The notes below the pieces were generated by a model. It had not been told where the DNA came from and made no database searches. It saw only the letters and a list, made by a program, of their open reading frames with translations. The position numbers and the translations under genes are program-made. From Sphyrna mokarran (lineage: Eukaryota): a DNA stretch of 64,000 bases. Numbering within the stretch: position 1 is the first letter of the stretch; each line of letters starts with the position of its first letter. The stretch lies in the NCBI GenBank assembly GCA_024679065.1, contig JAGIQG010000009.1, positions 100,688,001-100,752,000 of the forward strand. The letters are read 5' to 3'. Positions 1 through 12,869 of the stretch are shown in pieces.

Positions 1-1385
1 TTCTGTAGTAGGAAAAATGTTTGAATCCATATCAAGGAAGAAATAGCGAGGTATCTGAATATAAGCTGTCACATTCGTACGACACAGCAGAGGTTCATGA
101 AGGACAAGTCATGTTTGACTAATTCGGTGGAATTGTTTGAGAACATTGCAAGTGCAGTAGGTAACGGGGAACCTGTGGATATGGTATATCTGCATTTCCA
201 AAAGGCATTTGACAAGGTGCCACACCAAAGACTGCGACATAAGATAAAGGTGCAAGGCGTTACGGGTAATGCATTAGCAAAGATAGTGAATTAGTTCACT
301 AACAGAGAGTAAGGACTGAGGGGTAAATGATTTTTTTTTTTCTGGTTGGCGATTGTGGACGTGTAGTGTGCGTCAGGGATCAGTGTTGGAATCGTTATTG
401 TTTACGATTTACATAGATGATTTGGAATTGGGGACCAAGTGTAGTGTGTCAAAATTCGCAGATGACACGAAGATGACTGGAAGAACAAAGTGTGCAGAGG
501 ACGCTGAACGTCTGCAAAGGGTATAGACATGACAGTGAGTGGGCGAGAGTCTGGCTGATGAAGTGCAATGTGGGTAAATGTGAAATTATCCATTTTGGTA
601 GAAATAACAGCAACGCAGACTATTATTTCAATGGTAAAAAAAAAATACAGCATGGTGCTGTGCAGACGGCTCTGGATGTTTTTTTTTTGTGCAACAATCA
701 TAAGGAATTGTTTTGCGATGCAGTAGATGATTAAGAAGGCAAATGGAGTTCGTTCCTGCATTGCTAGATGGATCGCGTTTAAAAACATCATGGTTAAATT
801 GCAGTTGTATAAGATGCTGTTCAGGCCAGACCCGGAGAACTGTGTACAATTTTGATCTACTAATTTGAGAAAGGGCAAACCTGCCCTCGAGGGGATGCAG
901 CTGAGATTCACAAGGTTGATTCCTCAGTTGAAAGTTTTGGCTTATGAGGAGAGACTAAGTAACCAGAGCTACACTGATTACAGTTCAGAAGAATGAGGGA
1001 ATGTCTGTTAGAAACATATAAGTTATGAAGGGGATATATAGGGTAGAAGCAGGGAAGCTGTTTCCATTGACGATAAAACTGGAACTTAGGGGCATGGCCT
1101 CAACATGTGGGAGATGATTTAGGATTGACTTGATGAGGAACTTCTCCACACAAAGAGTTGTGAATCTGTGGAATTCCCTGCCCAGTGAAACAGCTGCGGC
1201 TATCTCATTAAATGATTTCAAAGGCAAGGAAAGATAATTTTTTGAAGGAATTAAGGGTAATTGTGAGTGTGTGATTAAATGGAACTGAGTCTAAGGAAAG
1301 ATCAGCCATGGCCTTAACTGAATGGCGGAAATGCCTCGAGGGGCCAGATGGTCGACTCTTGCCTCTCGTTTTGATGTTCTTATGT
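1..1385 (+). mobile_element. CR1-clade LINE, decayed ORF2 RT region through 3' tail (runs off the window start)
   Basis: Translated fragments KSCLTNSVELFE, VDMVYLHFQKAFDKVPHQRL, KFADDTK (~452-472) and KCNVGKCEIIHFGRNN match CR1 RT motifs. Multiple stops and frameshifts; ends in a tgttcttatgtt-like tail. Confidence 0.93.
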
Positions 1386-2072
1386 TTTTTTTTTCGTTGT
1401 TAACAGGACATTGGTGAAATTGCACCTTGAATTTTGTGTGCAATTTTGCTCGTCTTGTTTCACTAATTCTAACAATTCATTGGATGAATGCCGAGGTAGT
1501 TGAATAGACTGATTCGCATAATGATTGTGTTGTGTCCTAAAATATGTGTGATTGTCTTTGTCCCTTGGAGTTTGCAAGAGTGAAACGTGTATTGGGTCTA
1601 TCCGACAATTAACGCTGTCGACAAAACAAGCTTTCTTTTTGCATTTGAACGAGAATTGTGTGGTAGTTTTTCAAAAATATAAAACAAATATCAGAATAAT
1701 GTTTTCTCGTGGAGGGATGTGCGATGTTGGAATTCACTTTCCTAGACTGCGCAAGTAGGACCACTGAACATTTCTTTTTCTTTCAGAAGGATGTAGATCG
1801 ACGTTTGTCTCTAAAGCAAATCAGTTGTAGATGACGACCTTGGAATTGAATACAAACAGATCAACCGTGATGTGCTGAAGTAGTGTAGTTTGTTATTTTG
1901 CGAATAATTCGTATATTTGTATGTAGTTTATATTCATTAAACTTTAGTAGCGGGGAAGATTGCAACAGATAACTCATGGTACAATTGTTATCCTATTTGT
2001 CAAATATGAATTATTAAGGAAAGCCAGTTTGAAGTTCCTGATAAAGCAATAGTTCCCTAAAAGGCTGGATAT

Positions 2073-2160
2073 TGTGTGTGCGTGTGTGTGTGTGTGAGTG
2101 TGCGCGAGAGAGAGAGAGCGCGCGAGCGCGTGCATGCGTGTGTATGTGAGTTTGTGAGTG
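2073..2160. repeat. Compound (GT)n/(GA)n/(GC)n microsatellite
   Basis: Directly visible dinucleotide runs. Confidence 0.9.
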
Positions 2161-2169
2161 CATTAGTGT

Positions 2170-2780
2170 AATTAACTTCCAAAAGGCATTTGTTAAAGTG
2201 GCATGCAAAAACATATGAAGCGTACTATTTTGTAATCTGGAGTAAAGGAGATAGTTATGACAAATGTTCAAATTATAGAAATCCAAAGTACGGTTTATTG
2301 GATTTTTCCCAGCTGAAATAAGATGTCCAGTGGATTATCACAGGGAATGATGTTAGAATCCTTATGTTACCTTTCGTTTTAATGACCCCCGGCACTGACA
2401 TTTGTTTCTATTAATTTCGGGATATCATAGAATTTGCAATGATTATGAGAAACATAGTGCCACAATTCAAAATATACAGAACGGTTGCTGAACCGGCGGA
2501 TAAGTGTCACATTACGTTTATTGCAAGTCATTCGTTGTGGTCGGGAGGTGACACGAAGGGACTGTCGCAAAATACTGAAATTTTGATCGACGTACAGGAA
2601 CAGAAGTGACCAAGTGAAAATGTTGATATGACATTGGTGGTGCAAACCAGTTGCCACAATAGTTTATGAACAATGCAGCTTCGAAAGTTTTATCAATATT
2701 GATATAGAATACAAGACGTTCAGGTTATGATAAATATTTCTGAACCTGTTGTTTCATCTCAATTGAAATAAAGTGCCCTT
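2170..2780 (+). mobile_element. Old, heavily decayed CR1 RT fragment
   Basis: aacttccaaaaggcatttgttaaagtggcatgc (FQKAFxKV), ccagtggattatcacagggaatgatgttag (SGxxQGxxL) and gatatagaatacaagac resemble the CR1 at 1-1385. Confidence 0.7.
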
Positions 2781-2793
2781 TTATGTCGACTCT

Positions 2794-3012
2794 ACGATGC
2801 GGAGATGCAGGCGTTGGACTGCGGTAAACACAAGAAGAACTGTGACAAGAATAAGTCCAAAATGTTCATTTGGGAGCACATGCCACTAACACTAACTGAT
2901 GTCGACTCCACACCGGGAAGACTGCCAAGCTTTGTGTCTGAACGCAGAGAAATATTCACGAAAACAAGCCCAATAGTGAGAAATTTCAGTATTTTCCGGT
3001 ATTGACGCAGCC
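2794..3012. mobile_element. Decayed short Penelope-related terminal fragment
   Basis: gatgcggagatgcaggcgttggact (2796-2820) resembles the terminus gatgtaaagatgccggcgttggatt of the young element at 51110. The right boundary is uncertain. Confidence 0.55.
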
Positions 3013-6000
3013 AATATTTGGGTGTGAGGGTGTGATGGAGGATTTGGGGAGAATAATACGCTTTCAGGTGATAAATTCAATCTATATTTATAATTATATT
3101 CAAGAACTTCGTTAGTGCAAAATCGCTCGTTATAATGAAGATTCAACTCATGAACTATACAAAGATAAATCAATATTGTATCTATTCGAAATAACAAACT
3201 CCATATTCTCATTAAATTCGTGTTCGGGAAGATTTACTTTGGCCTTCTTCTAATTGTGCTGCCAAACCATTTGGAATCGGCACTACTTATGGCGCCGTTA
3301 TGTATTAAAGGAATGCAGTTGGATAAACTTATCATATCAAAAGTTTTTTTTAAAAAATGCGAATTTAAATAAGTTATGTGAACAAGATGAGAAATATTGA
3401 TATTTTCGTGACGTAGGCGATTTCTAGCCGATTAAACATATTTTTAAACAGAATACATGAGGCACTGATAAGAGTACCATTAAGAATTAAACGATTCTTG
3501 AAGCAGCATAATAAGCTAACGAGGCAATAGTTCCACATGTGTGGATGCAGTAGGAAGAATAAACGAGTAATTATGATTGTAAAACAAGCATTTACTATAA
3601 ATAAAAGTGTTTATTTTGGCCATGGGTTTGGTTAAAATAGAATAGAACCTCGTGAGTTGTCGAGTTTACGAATTCAATTCATAAAGTTGCAGGTAATACT
3701 GATTCGTGTAGAAAGATATGATGCAAAAAACTATGGCTCCATTAATATGTAGAATAGTAATTTGACTTGAAATATTGGCTAAGTAGAGAGCTACCATAAA
3801 CAAGCCTTCCATGATAATCGCAATCGTGCATGAATGCTGCAGGATATGCCTGAAAACCTGTACATACAGCTTAAATGTCCTGCAAACGTTTGACTAATTC
3901 ATGCTGAGCAACAATCATAGATTCGATAGAGGTATTCGAATTGGACATACATGTGTGTGTAATTTTCAGTTTTACTTACGCGACCACAGTGATCCTTCAC
4001 GAGGGATTTCCACATAGAAACGGCAGGCAGCCGTTACATTAACAATTCCAATCAACGTATTTGTAACTTTTTACGATCAGAGTTGTGCTGCCATTCTTAG
4101 CGGGAACGCAATAGATCTGAATTCCGGTCGCCAGTAAGAGGATTTAGCAATTTAGTGACGCTAACTAGTGAGGATACTGATAGTTTTATATATTTTATGT
4201 ATTGTACGAATCAGTGTCTATTTCAGCGGAAAGCAGGCTGCAGCAAGGCATGTTGGTCAAAGCGAATACTTCAAAACTAAAGGTTTGAAAACGCCATAGT
4301 TAGCAAAATAAGATTTATTTTGAAGGAAAACATATTGTAACATTTCTGAGCAAGGACATTCATTGTCTAGACTTATGGTGAAAAAGGTTCTTGGACGTTC
4401 GATTGCATCTGTATTCTGTTTGGCAATTATCCAAAAGGAATGTCCACGTCGTCATAAGGGTCTAGGTTAGTCAGGCAACAGGAAATTGCTTTTTTAGCCA
4501 AGATGGGAGTCAGCGTCCATATTTACTGCCGAATAAGCTTTCATTATGCCGGATGGTAAAATGCAATAAGCTGAGAATGTCGGGAATTATTATTACGCAT
4601 GCATGCTAAATGTAGTTTATTTTCAGCTAATATAAATGATTGGTAAGAAAAGTTCTACTCGGTTCGTTTTTTTTTCATTCTAAGCATTAGAATGATCAGA
4701 CAGTTTCCATTGCTCCATCTCCCAACTATTTAACTCGAAAATGATCTTTTTGCAGCTGCTTTTTTTTCCTTTGACAAACTGCTTAGTCTGTATATAGAGA
4801 TGTCTGCCTTGTGGGCTTTGTATTATCTAAAGTTAAGGTAGTACTGATAATTTCGATTGACTCCATAACATGTCGACTCTCTTTCGATGATTGCATAAGT
4901 AAGGTATACCTTAAGGCAGTCCTTTTTTCTTTACTCATGTAGGCACATGGAATCTTGACTCACTTCAATCGTTCATGGCTTAACTGACAATAATGTTCAA
5001 CCTTTTCATTTTCCGTTTTATTAAATGTAATTTCCTAAATGAAATATCACGAACGATCAGTTTAATCCATAATTCAATTTTCCATTAATAACTATGTTTA
5101 AGATTGATGAATTGTAACATAAATTATTAAATGAAGAACCCAAGCGATATTGATAGTTTTCTGCCAGTGCAGAGTGATGTTACTAACCGATATTTTTATC
5201 TGTTCGTTTTTTTTAATAGCATAGAAATGAACTGGTCTCTGAAACATTGAAAGTGTATGTCCGATGAGGGTTTTTTTTTTGATACCTGAACTGCTCCGCC
5301 AATGAATATAATGGATGGCTCATGGATCAAAATCACAACTCTGCCGTTGATTGTTGTATTGCATAGGCATTTATATATTCATTTCGTTATTTATTTGTTT
5401 ATTTATTTATTTTGTATTTCTTTTACATTCGTTGTTATTCCCTTCATTTACAGCGTTCTATGAAGCTTAAAAATGTTATGACTGCATGCCAAGCCACAAC
5501 GAAAATAAGCACCATCTTAACATATATTCTGTCTAAGATTGTCAGAATTAAATGCGTTTTCATGAGATTCCTTATCACCCTTCTAAATGACAGCTAAGGC
5601 AGGGATTATACTTTTAAAAAATGCAGACTACAATTGTGCAATCGCAGAAAATAATCCCATTATACTTAACTTCATTCGTTATTTGGCCACATATATTTGC
5701 TTCAGTAAAGGTTCCATTGTAGTTTCACGAAGAGCTTACACAACTGCAAATCCGCATTCTTTTCCATATTAAAGTAGTTTTGCATTCAATGCAACATACA
5801 TGTTTATGGCGAGCACTTTTTTTTTTGCAATTTCGGCAGTTATTGACTAGGCAGTTAAATATCATATTTCAGAATGGGATAAGAGAAAACACACAAATAA
5901 AAAGAAAACACACTTTTTTATATAGAGAGAGTTGCATATCTTACCCTGCCGTGGTGTGATATCTATGAGAAATAACATGTTTTTTTTTAATTTTCTAGTA

Positions 6001-6269
6001 AAAATACTTAAAGATTCCAGCATTTTGTTCCTTTTGTAATAGGCATAAATTCTTAATTGGAATCAGATAGAGGATAGGAGATTTCAATATTCATTCTGGT
6101 GGAATATGTAATAATAATAAATGTATGACGCTTCAACGAAATAAGAAAATTGCGACCACTATTGGTCTGCGCTTATGCTGCATTATTTTCTCCTGCTATT
6201 TCGCCTTTAAAATGCTTCAACAACTGAAACCATTGATGCTCCCGGCAGCACGCAGTTAAATCATCTGGC

Positions 6270-6860
6270 AAACGGCCTTAAATCGGATCTGGTAGGAGTA
6301 GTTTGAGACTTAAGGAAACATTGTCCAGCAAGACAAGCTTTCTGATGTCAAGCCCCATTTCTTTATTATACTGGCCCCTACTATGAAGACGAGGATGAAT
6401 CGGTCAGATAACTTGATGGGATTAGTTTAGTCCTAGCAGTTCTAGTCGGTGTGGAGGATCGTTCAGTTGGGGAAGAGGTCGCCGTGATCTCATCTAGTGT
6501 CCGATAGGAGCAGTTTGGTTCAGACGGCGGTCGGTTGGATATACAGTTCTGAAGGATTGGGTCGTGCAGCTAGAGGAGTGGAAATTGCTCTGGTACGGCC
6601 AAGGTCGACGGGGCAAGTTGGATGTGCAAGTCGCAGATTAGCAGGAGCTCGATGCCAAGAAAGTGGTCGTTGGGAAAGGCAGGGTGCGACCGTTGGGTTG
6701 AGATTGTGGTTTCTGGCATGGTGAATTTGAAGACAAAGACGTTTGGGCTGAAAGGGAATGTCATTTGCAGATGGCTTTTCATGAGGGCTAAGGGAATTGT
6801 AGTGCGTTTTGGAGGGTGAAAGTTATCCATTTTCGTGACTCAGTGGCCATTGCCAGGGGA
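6270..6860 (-). other. Unclassified strand-skewed island with decayed ORF (candidate endogenous viral element)
   Basis: G/T-rich on plus, A/C-rich on minus. The frame of ORF 6570-6830 continues past one stop to ~6384 (about 150 codons, one internal stop). No recognised motif. Confidence 0.35.
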
Positions 6861-6904
6861 GGGGACGACAGTTAATGAAAGTGAGAATTCCTAAGAAGAC
6901 AGGA

Positions 6905-7460
6905 TAGAAACATTGGAACATAGAAAATAGGAGCAAGAGGGGACATTTTAATTCGAGCTCATTCAGCCATTCATTAATGTCATGGCTGATCATCCAAATC
7001 TAGAGACTAATCCTGTTTTTTTTTTGCCCATAACCTCTGATCTCATTTGTCCTAACTGTTGTTTTCAGCCATCTCCTGAATTCATTCAATGTTTCGGTGT
7101 CCACTACTTCCTGTTGTAATGAATTCCACTATTTCTAGAACCACTTCCTTAAATACTCTGGGATGTAGATTATCAGGCCCTGAGGATTTTTCCACCTTCA
7201 ATCCCATCAGTTTTCCCAGTGCAACTTTCCTACTAATATTGACCTCTCTCAGTTATCTCTTCTCACTAAATCTTGCATTTTCCAACATTTCTGGCAGTTG
7301 ATGTGGATTCTCTTTTGTGACGACAGAGCCAATATACGTATTCAGTTGCTCAACTATTGCTTTGCCCCGATTGTACATCCCCGCATTTATGTCTGAAGGT
7401 GACCTACATTTGTCTTTATCAACCTCTTTCTCTTTAGGCAGCTAATGAAGCTTTGTGTTG
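6905..7460 (-). mobile_element. CR1 LINE remnant, 3' end joined to an upstream ORF2 segment
   Basis: atagaaacattggaacatagaaaataggagc is the reverse complement of a CR1 tail. 7135-7220 encodes on minus a LKVEKSSGPDNLHPRVFKEV-type pre-RT motif. Confidence 0.8.
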
Positions 7461-7954
7461 GTCATTATGATTTACTTTTATACTATAATGGGAGTATGGG
7501 TACAAGTCTTGGGAGTGCAATAAGTCAAGATGGGAATGAACGATTTTGAGAGTGTTCGCTCGTTCATCGCTATGTCTCGAGTGTGTAGCTTGCACATTGC
7601 TGTAAAATGTGATTTATTCTAACTCACAACGAGTAGCTCAAGATATGTTGCTGCAGAACATGTTGTTCCAGGGATCTTAACCGATTTTTAGATGGTTTCC
7701 AGTGCAGTTAAATTGTCCAACAGAAGCATGTTTTTTTCCAGGAAATTGGCCAGAAATCATTATATTGGGAATTTCCGAAACGGCTTCCCTGCTCACTTTT
7801 GTGGGATGGCCAACAATTTTGGGAAGCCCGGAATTCACGGGCCCTAATTGTAGAGCGAATTCAATAAAACCGAAAGCCACAAATCCAAATGAAGAACGTC
7901 ATACAACAACTGGTCAAGTAACAGTTCAGAAAATTGCATGTTAAAGTCGAGAAC

Positions 7955-8820
7955 CTTCACCCCAATAGCCTGCAACAATAGGATGCACAAAATCTACACT
8001 GATTTCGTTTTCACCCCTTGTTCCATAACATGCAATTTAGCACCATCTCATGTGCTTTCCACAGGTATTTAAAAGTTGTGGGGTTTCTCAAATCTATCAC
8101 CCTGCAAGACAAAGTATTCCAAACGCTCACTGCATTTTGGATGGAAAATTCGTTCCTCAATTCCACGCTGAATCTTCTGCCCATCGCATCAAAACTCTGC
8201 TTTCTTCTTTTATGGCCCTTAAACGTATGTGAATAGCTGCACCCTATTCACCCTGTGAATCATTTACATAATCTTACACACCTCAATAGATTTTTCCTCA
8301 ACCTTCTCAAGTCTCAAGAAATGAACCTGAGACCATACATTCTCTTGTTCATAACAAAACAGTTCTATACGGGGAGGCATATTGATGAATCTCATCTTCA
8401 ATGACATCCTCCCATAGTGAAGCAAAGGGAACTTGACTCACTACTCCATATGTGGACTAAAGAACATTTCGCGTCACCCCCCCTACTCTTGAGACATACA
8501 CAAAGACTAATACATGCAAGTGTCCCATATACCTTCTAAACAATCCTGTTTCACAGTTTTCACAAACTTAAGAATATGGAAACAAGCTCCTTCTATTCCA
8601 TTCAGTTTGCTGGTGTCCTGTCTTTCACTGAATATTTCAGTGAGTTATTTCTCGTTCCCTCGGCAAGTTAAACATTATTACCATCCGGTCTCCAAAGTGA
8701 CGATTCTTTGGGATGTTCTACTACTACGCATTTACGAAGATGAATTGCTGCCGGATCATCTGAATTTTGAGGAACTTTCAGACCCAAATTTCGTGTACAG
8801 CATTTCCAAATTACTTTATA
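7955..8820 (-). mobile_element. Decayed CR1 LINE 3' portion
   Basis: Reverse-complement CR1 3' phrases (gtattccaaacgctcactgcattttggatggaaaattcgttcctc, ataatcttacacacctcaatagattt, ctactccatatgtggactaa). Confidence 0.75.
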
Positions 8821-11800
8821 GCACACCATCATTATTAACAGATATTACACTGTTACGTGACTCCTGGCTTGAAATGCTGTCTGAAAATGAACATTAAATT
8901 TTAGAAGATTTTCTCGATTCTTTCAGTTTTCCATATTAATCGACAATAAATACAAAGGAAAATATGTTACCCATCTCGTTTTGTCGTTGTTGCTATTGTT
9001 GCTGCTGCTACTGTTGCATCTTTCCATTGAAATTATGAAAGTAAGTTTTCTAGGACATTATTGCGGATTTTAGAATGGAACCGTAATCCCGCTCTTCAAT
9101 TCACGCAATATCCATCATCCTCAATATCACTATATACACTGTTTTGTTAAAATAAAGTGATAACTATGTTATTTGAATTATATTAATCTATGTCATACAT
9201 TTAGAAAACGCAGTAGTTTGCATTCCTCGGTTGCATGTTTTTTTTTACTGGTTAACAGATATCCATATTTTACCTGCTGGTAAATTGTCAATTCTATTCT
9301 GACTTACATTTGAGCCATTGCACATCCTTCTATGGAGACTGCCTGTAACTTCGTTGACAGAATGTGTTTTTTTTTAATCCTTCTGATGTGTATTTTAAAT
9401 GTGATAACAATCGCAAATCGGAGGTCTTTGCTACTATCACTATCACACTGACATCAAGCCGATCTTCCATGCTGTACGATTCATGAGATGCAGTATTTGC
9501 TATCTTTCATAAGTGTGCAGAAAAGAGCATGTTAAAAGATTTTTTTTCGTTAAGTAGGTGAAAATAAGAAACAAAAGCAACAGAATGTATATTTCAGATG
9601 TCTAATGTAGTATGTAATGGACCTGAAATCTACTGAGCCTACGCAACTTGCTTTTGTTTTTCTTTTGACAGGACATTGAACGACGGGTGCATGCTGGTTT
9701 CAACTGAAAAGCAAATGTGACCTACCTCGTGATTAAATCACAATTCCAGAGATAAGTATTTTTCAGACAGTATTGTTTTTGGGTAGCTCTGGAATATTAG
9801 GCTTGCAATTTTATGGAGACTTTTTGAAATTCATCTAAAAACGTGCAGAAACCATGCTGAATCTAGCCAAAGGTCCGCAGATACTGTCAGCGCAAACTTT
9901 GAGGGCTATAACTCAATTATAACTTAAATTTAGAAGATTCAGGAGAAATCAATATTTTTTTTCGGGAAAATAAACCTGTAGGCATGCAACAAGTTTACTA
10001 AAAACATATTCTTCAGTCGATTACTTTTCCAATTTTCAAATCGCCATTTCAATCAATTTTGGGTGGGCACAATTTGTTGTACCATTGAAGGGAATAGATA
10101 ACCTAATTAGAATGCAGCAACGAAATGAAAATAATATCATTTCACATGGGTATATTGATATTCCCCTTGAAATCTGCATGCATGGACAATACGGATACCG
10201 TTTTTGATATTTTTATTATGAGCTTAAATCATCATGTAAAAAAAAAACTCACACAGGTCCTTGCCTGGATGCAACTGCCACAGCCCCGCGCGTTCATCGT
10301 GACTAATACAGCTAAACTATAATATATGTAAACTAAACGGCATGTTACCATGGACAAACTACCAGACCTGCCTATCTTTCGATTGTGAATGAATGCCTTG
10401 CACCCAGAGGAAACCATCGGCGAAAAATGTGGGAGAAGATGGGAGCTTCGCACAAGTCAATCAGCTCCAAAATCCATTGTGGGCAATAATGTTCTGAGGC
10501 AGTAGTGCTAACCATTGTGCAAGCATGCTGCCATTTAATTTTCAGTACTTTATTTATATGAATCCGCTTCCGCCATACATATTGTGTGGGTTGGAAAACA
10601 AAACAAACACTACTGGGAAATAAACGAAGATTCGGTGACGTAGAAACCAAGGTTGACTCTAGTATTAGATAATCTGTGAATCAAGCTAACCCTTCTCAAG
10701 TTTTACCGTTCAGTTTTCTCTTTCATTAAGTGCAAACAATGGTCTATAGCGTGGGGCATAATGGGCATAGCGGTCATGGACTCATTTTCCCGTAATCCTT
10801 CATGACTTTCTCGTGGCCAAATGCATTTTTATCATACCTAATTTCGAAATCGTGGTACCAATTGAGGCTCATAATCATGTCTTCACGAACGAGCCATAAC
10901 CGTGCAGTCAATCTAAGTGAGACCCTAAATTTGCGAAATAAGTGGTCATCGGTTTATTTGCGACAAGTGTCTTATTTAGGCGAGGTATGTATATCGCTGG
11001 AATTGACAAAGATACACAACAGAACTCTCATGCTAACTTCAGTGAGGCATTTGCAAAACATACAAATAATTAAGCAAATTTCGGATTGCAGAGTTTTAAT
11101 GTTGTGTCACTGTATACTTAATCCCAATTAAAAATGTTGCCGTCTTTGGCAGTAGAAAATCACATTATGTCAGAGACATGTCTAATGTTCAACGGCATAA
11201 AATTTGTATGTACTATACGTCGTGAATCTAAAATTACATTACTTTTCAGTTATTTTTCATTAGCATTTAGGTAATGATGTGAGATATTTGCCACAGAGAA
11301 AAGCAAATATCAATATTTTCAAAAACATTTTCTATACATTTCGCTTCAGTTCTATATTCATTTTTTTACATGAAAAAAGAGAAAATCAGTTTCTTAACTT
11401 ACTTTATTTGTAGGTTGCCGAAAATATAGTTGTTTTCAAAACGGTGAAGTTCAATACCAAACATGGCTCAGTTTAAGCACTTCACCTTGGAACTATCGGA
11501 AGATCAACTGAGTGTGTAGGTTTGAAGAAAAAGATCACATAAATATGGAACGTCATCTAGTCAATAGCAGAATCTTGCGTAATCCCATTTAACGTTGTAT
11601 GTGTAAATTAAGTTGTATAATAATGATAATACCATATTTTGGCAGCTGGTCATGATGTTGAACAATTACATAATTAATAAGTGTTCGAATTGCTGATATT
11701 GCACTATCACTCCTTCCAATTCTAAACGACCAATCCTACTTTTCCAGGTTTTCTGCATTCCAATATATGCAGCGTGATTCGGCTGTAGGCTTGCTTTTAA

Positions 11801-12139
11801 CACGCAGTTAACCATGGCTTAATTAACACCTTGATGTGTCTTACATAATTGCAATTTGTCTTTCCGTTATGTGCTATATCTGACGTCCTCTTTCTAATGT
11901 GCTTTCCTTTTCCCATCTACAATCTAGTTTACGTAAACACTTTCTGAAGTAACAACAAACTTCATGATTAGAGATGATGCCGAAATGTGGCGACTTCTTG
12001 CGATCTGTGAGCAGGATATCCTCTACTGTTAACTATTGCCCTCTTTCTAAAGTTTTGTAAACTCGACTGTAACTCCTACAAACACTCTAAAAACGTTCTT
12101 ATTGAGGCTTGTACAGACTTTCCAATCTTCAGATCTTTA

Positions 12140-12865
12140 AAGATGCCTGACTTGGAGCCGACCCGGGCCAGTCACGATGTGTAACCTGTGGCGGGCATGC
12201 ATACCTTGTGTCTGGGAGTTCCCTACCACTGTCCCCACTGATCAGATGACCACCACTTCGGCTAGACTCTTGCCTCCCCGCGCCCCACCCATGTATTATG
12301 GGACTCCTAGGCCGGTGCCTTCACTACTCCGGCATTCAACAACAACGAATTGACCTTTGCGACCGGAACCCTCTCTCCAGCAGCCTTGAACGAATAAGAT
12401 TCCAACTTCTGGATACTTCTTCCAGTCTCCTTCACACCACTACAATCCCTGCACCCTTCAAATAATCAACTCCCATTGCTTGAAAATCACTAATACGGTC
12501 CATTTAAATTTGCATGCAAATCTAGAAATCATCGAACTTAGAAGCAAAATCCCGGCATGGTGGGAACATTGAGGACCATAAGACGTGGACTCAACCATCG
12601 CCTCACGTGTGGCAGTGACCGTAGACACCCCACGAACCACAAGACATCACAGGACCTTCAGCGGTCCACGCCAGAACATACTAATGCTCCGCCCTCAGAT
12701 AACAAACTACAGTCAGACCGTGACCGGGAACGTCGAACGTGCAGACCCAAAAACGGACTAGGACTGTGACAGAACTATCTGCATCCACACAGCAACTAAA
12801 CTGAAGGACCTTAACGGACGCGCCCATACCCTGCAAATCACATTCTAATCTTTCCTTCTCACACA
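12140..12865 (+). other. Unclassified A/C-rich island with decayed protein-like frames (candidate endogenous viral element)
   Basis: Abrupt rise in C content. Frames such as AGAFTTPAFNNNELTFATGTLSPAALNE and DVDSTIASRVAVTVDTPRTT...PQITNYSQTVTGNVERADPKTD are broken by stops. Directly precedes the Rex1 element. Confidence 0.35.
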
Positions 12866-12869
12866 AGCA

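Noticed and set aside
4627-4642. Plus-strand 16-nt micro-exon-like unit (ttttcag|...|gtaaga)
   Set aside because: Not frame-preserving, has no partner exons and is easily explained by chance.
12508-12521. Palindromic double octamer atttgcatgcaaat
   Set aside because: Isolated motif inside an unclassified island with no snRNA or immunoglobulin promoter context.
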